From Promethearchaeota archaeon (GTDB lineage: Archaea > Asgardarchaeota > Lokiarchaeia > Sigyniarchaeales > SOKP01): a DNA stretch of 28,283 bases. Below the pieces are notes generated by a model, which worked only from the letters and a program-made list of their open reading frames with translations, searched no databases and had not been told where the DNA came from. The translations under genes were made by a program, and so were the position numbers. How positions within the stretch are numbered: position 1 is the first letter of the stretch; every line of letters begins with the position of its first letter. The stretch lies in NCBI GenBank assembly GCA_030599585.1, contig JAUVNS010000030.1, forward strand, positions 1 to 28,283, read 5' to 3'. Shown piece by piece: positions 27,390 through 28,283 of this stretch.

Positions 27390-28177
27390 AATTTATAAAA
27401 TTTTAAATTAGAGATTCAGTCTTTATAGTGATATAATTTAATCCTTAGAATTGCTTACAAAAGAAAGATAGTTATTAACGTAATATTTTAAATTTAGAGA
27501 GAACGAAGCTTTTTCCTTATTTCGCTTAGTTCAACTTCAAATTTATTGATCTTATCTTGTAGGTTTTCTGTTAACAATTTTAGTTTGGTTAATTGAGTTT
27601 GTATCCCCCTAAAATAATCTTCAACGATGTTTTCTATTAATTTTACAATTCTATCTTCTGAAGCCAATGGTCTAATTTCCTATTTGTAATGAATATTGTT
27701 ATTATACTTAATTCACATCAGATATAAACTTGACATTTTTATAAAATCTTATTAGTCTTGAAAGTGGGTATATTGCTTTTAAAAGGAGGATAACCACCAT
27801 TAATCGCTTTCCTCGAATCATGGATACGAAGTAATGAAAAATAACATTTAATTGATATCTTAGCTTCCTTGACTTTTATATATAAATCAAATAAATCAAG
27901 TCTTTCCTTAATTGAATCAAGAAAAACACGATATTTTGAAAGCCTTCGATAGATCAATATTTTGGATAACGCATTATCTCCTTTTTCTATGTCTTAGTAG
28001 ATCGGTGCTCAAATCTTATCGTTCCTGCCCTCAGCGCAGGAAATAATACCTTTCATTTTCAACAGTATTAACAAGTACAGTACTCTGAGGTTGGAAGGAT
28101 TATTTTAATAAATTTTTATTGATGAAGTTCTTTTTTTTGAATTTAGCAAGATACATACACTCTAGAAAGAGTCTTCC

Positions 28178-28283
28178 TTAATCTTTTTCTGAAAAATTAA
28201 CTGTATTGTAGAGTGGAATAAATTGTGTGTATTTCTCCCATTCGTGATTAGAAATATTAAATCCATATTTTTCTTGATTTTCA
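28178..28283 (-). CDS. 3' end of a gene entering from the right edge
   Basis: Open frame ENQEKYGFNISNHEWEKYTQFIPLYNTVNFSEKD*. Confidence 0.35.
   Translation of the reverse strand, partial: ENQEKYGFNISNHEWEKYTQFIPLYNTVNFSEKD

Noticed and set aside
27440-28050. Coding-like minus-strand fragments (including ORF 27739-27957) and hairpin TTCCTGC-N7-GCAGGAA near 28022-28042
   Set aside because: No recognisable family, and no transposase or partner repeat to support an IS end.

Overview
Very AT-rich archaeal DNA. The gene content (an LRR protein, an archaeosortase with a PGF/Loki-CTERM-like substrate, a Sec11-type peptidase domain, TPR proteins, TATA boxes, T-tract terminators) fits an Asgard archaeon, probably Lokiarchaeia; this is inference, not a database result. 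The window is an accessory hot spot where intact genes alternate with many truncated fragments. Best candidate for a new system: an archaeal polymorphic-toxin locus. One start-less cassette (open frame from 1769, ORF 1826-2923) fuses a TM-less Ser/His S26 signal-peptidase domain and a signal-peptidase-like A-F-G|M site to an HNH-like nuclease, followed by an LRR gene in the immunity position. A second start-less cassette (5946-6611) encodes a BECR-like RNase tip followed by a small putative immunity gene. Other notable items: an archaeosortase + GT-C glycosyltransferase + tiny Thr/Asp/Pro sorted peptide module; a gene bracketed by 30-bp direct repeats with a palindromic core; a 64-aa HTH-like repeat protein; a TcmP/radical SAM pair with a nearby TGT-like remnant; a MazF toxin with an unannotated antitoxin; an ABC-2 exporter divergent from an aromatic-rich secreted protein; and a triple-operator promoter upstream of a secreted glycoprotein gene. 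No rRNA, intact tRNA, CRISPR array or intact transposase/integrase was seen. All family calls come from motif recognition by eye.
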